The notes beneath the pieces are model-generated. The model made no database searches. It had not been told where the DNA came from and saw only the letters and a program-made list of their open reading frames with translations. Both the position numbers and the translations under genes were made by a program. A stretch of DNA of 39,221 nt from Octopus bimaculoides (Eukaryota): NCBI RefSeq assembly GCF_001194135.2, contig NC_068982.1:53743221-53782441 (forward strand), given 5' to 3'. Below are positions 34,591 to 39,221 of the stretch, one piece after another (the first letter of the stretch is position 1; every line of letters starts with the position of its first letter).

Positions 34591-35540
34591 TACATACATA
34601 CATNNNNNNNNNNNNNNNNNNNNNNNNNNNNNNNNNNNNNNNNNNNNNNNNNNNNNNNNNNNNNNNNNNNNNNNNNNNNNNNNNNNNNNNNNNNNNNNNN
34701 NNNNNNNNNNNNNNNNNNNNNNNNNNNNNNNNNNNNNNNNNNNNNNNNNNNNNNNNNNNNNNNNNNNNNNNNNNNNNNNNNNNNNNNNNNNNNNNNNNNN
34801 NNNNNNNNNNNNNNNNNNNNNNNNNNNNNNNNNNNNNNNNNNNNNNNNNNNNTCCTTACAGTTTCGGCCGATTACACTTGAGATTGTTCAAATTTGGCTA
34901 GCCCTAAAAATCTAAGCTAAGAACATTAAATTTTTGGAGAGAAAACAAAAATACGGAGAAAATGATACACAATTACAAATACAAACAACAAGAAAAAAAT
35001 AACAGGTGTCTTTTGACCAATAAAGACGAATCAAGTTGAGCTGGCGTGTGTAGAGTGGCATCCATGAGGCAGGAACATAGGAGATGAACATAAGAGATGA
35101 AAGTCATGAGACAGGAATATAAGAGATGATTCGCGGCCGGCAGTCGAGCCAAGAAAAAAAGATTATGCTTTGCCGAACACAGGTCACGTAGAAAGGAAGG
35201 AGAGAGGTAGGGGCAGAGGTATTGAAGAATTAGGGGAAGAACGAGAAAGAGAGGTACAAGGGAGATAAACAAGTAGGGAGATTAAAGAAAGAGAAGACCA
35301 AGAAATGTGAGAAAGAGGGAGCAAGAAAAAGAAAAGAAGAAAGAAAGAAGAAAGTCGACTGAAATAAGTAAAAAAAATAAAAGAAGACATTATTGTAGTG
35401 ACAATCGTACTATATGTCGTGTTACATTTCTTTGGCAAATAATTAATTATCAGAAAATTCCTGTCACAGATCCTGTGAAGAATGGTACTATGGTATTATT
35501 TTTAGTAACGGTGTTATTATCATTTAACGATCTAATGCGA

Positions 35541-35733
35541 AGAGCTGGTAGACGCTTCAGCACGCCTGACAAAATGCTTAGCGGCATTACGCCCGTCGTT
35601 ACGTTCTGAGTTCATATTCCGCCGAAGTTGACTTTGCCTTTCATTCTTTCGGGGTGGATGAAATAAGTACCATCCGAGGACTGGGGGGTTGATGCAATCG
35701 ACTTTCATCCAAAATTGCTGGCCTTGTACCAAA

Positions 35734-35736
<3 letters not shown>
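35541..35736 (+). mobile_element. SINE family B copy with a long (ATT)n tail extending to about 35782
   Basis: gagctggtagacgc...aaatgcttagcggcatt...gagttcatattccgccga.gttgactttgcctttcat...gccttgtaccaaaatt, then (att)n. Confidence 0.85.
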
Positions 35737-35783
<47 letters not shown>

Positions 35784-36664
35784 GGTTTTTTTTTTCTTCT
35801 TTCTTCAAATTTTCTTCCATTTCCCGCAGAGTGTTTTCCGTACACCTAGGGCAGAGAAACTCATTATATACATTCCCAGTTTACACACACAAATTCACAG
35901 GTAAAATATATATTAAAAAAAAAAAAAAAATTCATGAATGGATGTTGTTTTCACAGCGATAATGCTCTTCTCAGTACATGAGTCGTTCCAGTTAACACGA
36001 TTTTTTGCACTTCGTGTAAGGATGGTAAGCCTGGTATCATTTTCAAATAGGTTTCAGTACCCTTTTTTTATCATTCCTATATTATTATTATTGTTATTAT
36101 TATTGTTATTATTATTTTTATTATTATCTATTATTATTATTATTATCATTATCATTATTATAATAATAATGATAATAATANNNNNNNNNNNNNNNNNNNN
36201 NNNNNNNNNNNNNNNNNNNNNNNNNNNNNNNNNNNNNNNNNNNNNNNNNNNNNNNNNNNNNNNNNNNNNNNNNNNNNNNNNNNNNNNNNNNNNNNNNNNN
36301 NNNNNNNNNNNNNNNNNNNNNNNNNNNNNNNNNNNNNNNNNNNNNNNNNNNNNNNNNNNNNNNNNNNNNNNNNNNNNNNNNNNNNNNNNNNNNNNNNNNN
36401 NNNNNNNNNNNNNNNNNNNNNNNNNNNNNNNNNNNNNNNNNNNNNNNNNNNNNNNNNNNNNNNNNNNNNNNNNNNNNNNNNNNNNNNNNNNNNNNNNNNN
36501 NNNNNNNNNNNNNNNNNNNNNNNNNNNNNNNNNNNNNNNNNNNNNNNNNNNNNNNNNNNNNNNNNNNNNNNNNNNNNNNNNNNNNNNNNNNNNNNNNNNN
36601 NNNNNNNNNNNNNNNNNNNNNNNNNNNNNNNNNNNNNNNNNNNNNNNNNNNNNNNNNNNNNNNN

Positions 36665-36724
<60 letters not shown>

Positions 36725-37685
36725 TGAAGAGTTTGGCGAGGATTATTTGAAGTAATGGAATAAACATTCTCAACATCGGTGGCCCAGATGGTTGGAAGCG
36801 ACTGGAGATGTTTTAGCATTTGGTGTCTATCTGCACGTGATGGCGAGCTTGTTGAATAGGGAAAAGTATAGTTCTAAATATATATAACAATGAATACACT
36901 AACCTCTGAAACCACACGCATACGGATTCAGAAGTTAGTGTAACGCACAGACACTACTTAGTCAAAATATGGGCTTTAACAGATAAACACGCCAATGTCA
37001 ACATAGATAATATCTTTTTATTTATGCGGAACCATACAGTCATTTTTCAAGCTTTTGTAATGTATGCCGTTTTTGGAAGCTTGAAATTTTGTATCATTGC
37101 GGAAATAATTTGAAGAGGACTTCAAGTCATTTTACCGAGACAAGATACAAACATTCGCTTTTACAAAAATATATAAAAAAAAAAAAATCTATCAGATACG
37201 CTATCGCTGCTTATTTAATTAAAACAAGTATATTTGCTATGAGAACAAACACAACAGTTAGCCTTTTGTCACTTTCATTGTTGTATTTGTCCCATTCACA
37301 TAAATTTCCATAAATTTTCATAAATTACTGTTAATGTAACGCCCTCGCATGTAATACTTTACAATTTACAATTATCTTTTGCACCTCTGCCGATAGCTAT
37401 ATTTCATATTTCTCTCTCCTCTCATTCTTTAATTTCATATTTTTTCACTTTTGATTGCTATTTTATAAATAAAACGCCATAGAAATCCTCTTCAAAACAA
37501 CCTGTTACACGACGAAATATGTCTCCTTGCATTTATATTTCAGCCATATTCACTCTATGCCATTTGTTATTGACATACATCACTAATAAAAACACATTTT
37601 AAACCTTCAATTTTCTTTATCCTTTTCTGATGTCTTTCATCTCCAATAGCCAACTCACAACCTTCATACGACCCATTCCTTTTCA

Positions 37686-37687
<2 letters not shown>

Positions 37688-37717
<30 letters not shown>

Positions 37718-37772
37718 CTTCTTCTTCTTCTTCTTCTTCTTCTTCTTCTTCTTCTTCTTCTTCTTCTTCTTT
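37688..37772. repeat. (TTC)n microsatellite
   Basis: Directly visible. Confidence 0.95.
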
Positions 37773-38103
37773 CTACCCCTTACAATTCTTCCCTCAAACA
37801 TCCTATCCTATCGATTTCCAACAGCCATTCAAATTATGTCATTATAATCCCCCTGTTGGGTGATAGTCACGTTAGTCTTTCGCTAGCTAAGATATCTCAT
37901 ATCTGTGCACGCCACGATAACAGATAATAGCAGTAGTCCGTAAACTGAATTGGTTGATCTTTCCTGGCCGTTGACAGTTTGTTGTCTTTCAACCACTCAG
38001 CATCTAGTGATATTCGTCATTAACGCAATAAGTTCATTTGCCGAAATAGTTCGCATCCATCGTGCTACATTCCATGATTTCATCGTAATCCTGGCTGGCT
38101 AGT

Positions 38104-39074
38104 TACTGGGTGCTAGGCCTTGCCAAAAAGGGCCACTCAGGATTTGGTCCGGATCTGTTTATTGATATACCAACAGCTGACCTTTGTTTTCATCCTATTT
38201 TACTGGGTGCTAGGCTTTGCCAAAAAGGGCCACTCGTGATTTGGTCCGGATCTGTTTATTGATATATCAACAGCTGACCTTTGTTTTCATCCTATTTTAC
38301 TGGGTGCTAGGCCTTGCCAAAAAGGGCCACTCGTGATTTGGTCCGGATCTGTTTATTCATATATCAACAGCTGATCTTTGTTTTCATCCTATTTTACTGG
38401 GTGCTAAGCCTTGCCAAAAAGGGCCACTCGTGATTTGGTCCGGATCTGTTTATTCATATATCAACAGCTGACCTTTGTTTTCATCCTATTTTACTGGGTG
38501 CTAGGCCTTGCCAAAAAGGGCCACTCAGGATTTGGTCCGGATCTGTTTATTCATATATCAACAGCTGACCTTTGTTTTCATCCTATTTTACTGGGTGCTA
38601 GGCCTTGCCAAAAAGGGCTACTCAAGATTTGGTCCGGATCTGTTTATTCATATATCAACAACTGACCTTTGTTTTCATCCTATTTTACTGGGTGCTAAGC
38701 CTTGCCAAAAAGGGCCACTCGTGATTTGGTCCGGATCTGTTTATTGATATATCAACAGCTGACCTTTATTTTCATCCTATTTTACTGGGTGCTAGGCCTT
38801 GCCAGAAAGGGCCACTCCTGATTTGGTCCCGATCTGTTTATTCATATATCAACAGCTGACCTTTGTTTTCATCCCATTTTACTGGGTGCTAGGCCTTGCC
38901 AAAAAGGGCCACTCCTGATTTGGTCCGGATCTGTTTATTGATATATCAACAGCTGACCTTTGTTTTCATCCTATTTTACTGGGTGCTAGGCCATGCCAAA
39001 AAGGGCCACTCGTGATTTGGTCCCGATCTGTTTATTCATATATCAACAGCTGACCTTTTGTTTTCATCCTATTT
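38104..39074. repeat. Minisatellite: 10 tandem copies of a 97-bp unit
   Basis: Unit starts (tactggg) at 38104, 38201, 38298, 38395, 38492, 38589, 38686, 38783, 38880 and 38977: exact 97-bp period with only a few substitutions per copy. Confidence 0.97.
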
Positions 39075-39215
39075 AACCCATAGCTGGGGCCCTGAAATGT
39101 GCTACCACTCCAGATCAGAGTAGATCAGCGAACAATAATATAGTGGCTAAGAGGTTCCACACTCCTCAAAAAAACCAGGTCCCCACTACCGGACACACTT
39201 TGAAGTCATACCCAA
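39075..39215. repeat. Probable fragment of a common interspersed repeat abutting the minisatellite
   Basis: aacccatag.tggggccct...gctaccactcc.g.tcagagt...tt.a.gtcataccca resembles a repeat I recall from cephalopod sequence. Not verified. Confidence 0.4.
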
Positions 39216-39221
39216 TGCTTC

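Noticed and set aside
35829-35900. Apparent 72-nt exon with acceptor and donor
   Set aside because: Follows directly after a SINE tail and resembles interspersed-repeat sequence; the peptide is unrecognisable.
38104-39074. CRISPR-like array or coding repeat interpretation of the 97-bp array, including ORFs 38411-38665 and 38508-38747
   Set aside because: No unique spacers, no cas genes, eukaryotic context. The ORFs arise from frame rotation in a period that is not a multiple of 3.

Overview
AT-rich, microsatellite-dense animal genomic DNA with many N gaps. The SINE/MITE content and repeat style suggest an octopus (cephalopod) draft assembly; this is inferred from remembered repeat sequences, not a search. 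The only host protein-coding genes I can support are two same-strand Cip/Kip cyclin-dependent kinase inhibitor genes. The first is a canonical p27/dacapo-like gene whose large coding exon (3003-4335) ends at a phase-1 GT donor inside a PIP-box-like motif; its next exon could not be located. The second is a divergent paralog with a single coding exon (9131-9775) and its own GC-box/TATA/Inr promoter. The region from about 18 kb onward is a transposon graveyard: a near-complete decayed mariner, a second Tc1/mariner fragment, two tRNA-type SINE families (including a five-copy head-to-tail array), RTE LINE 3' fragments (one inside a fold-back structure), a Helitron N-terminal fragment, several MITEs and a 10 x 97-bp minisatellite. 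Most listed ORFs are artefacts of microsatellites or N runs. Repeat boundaries are approximate (about 10-30 bp).
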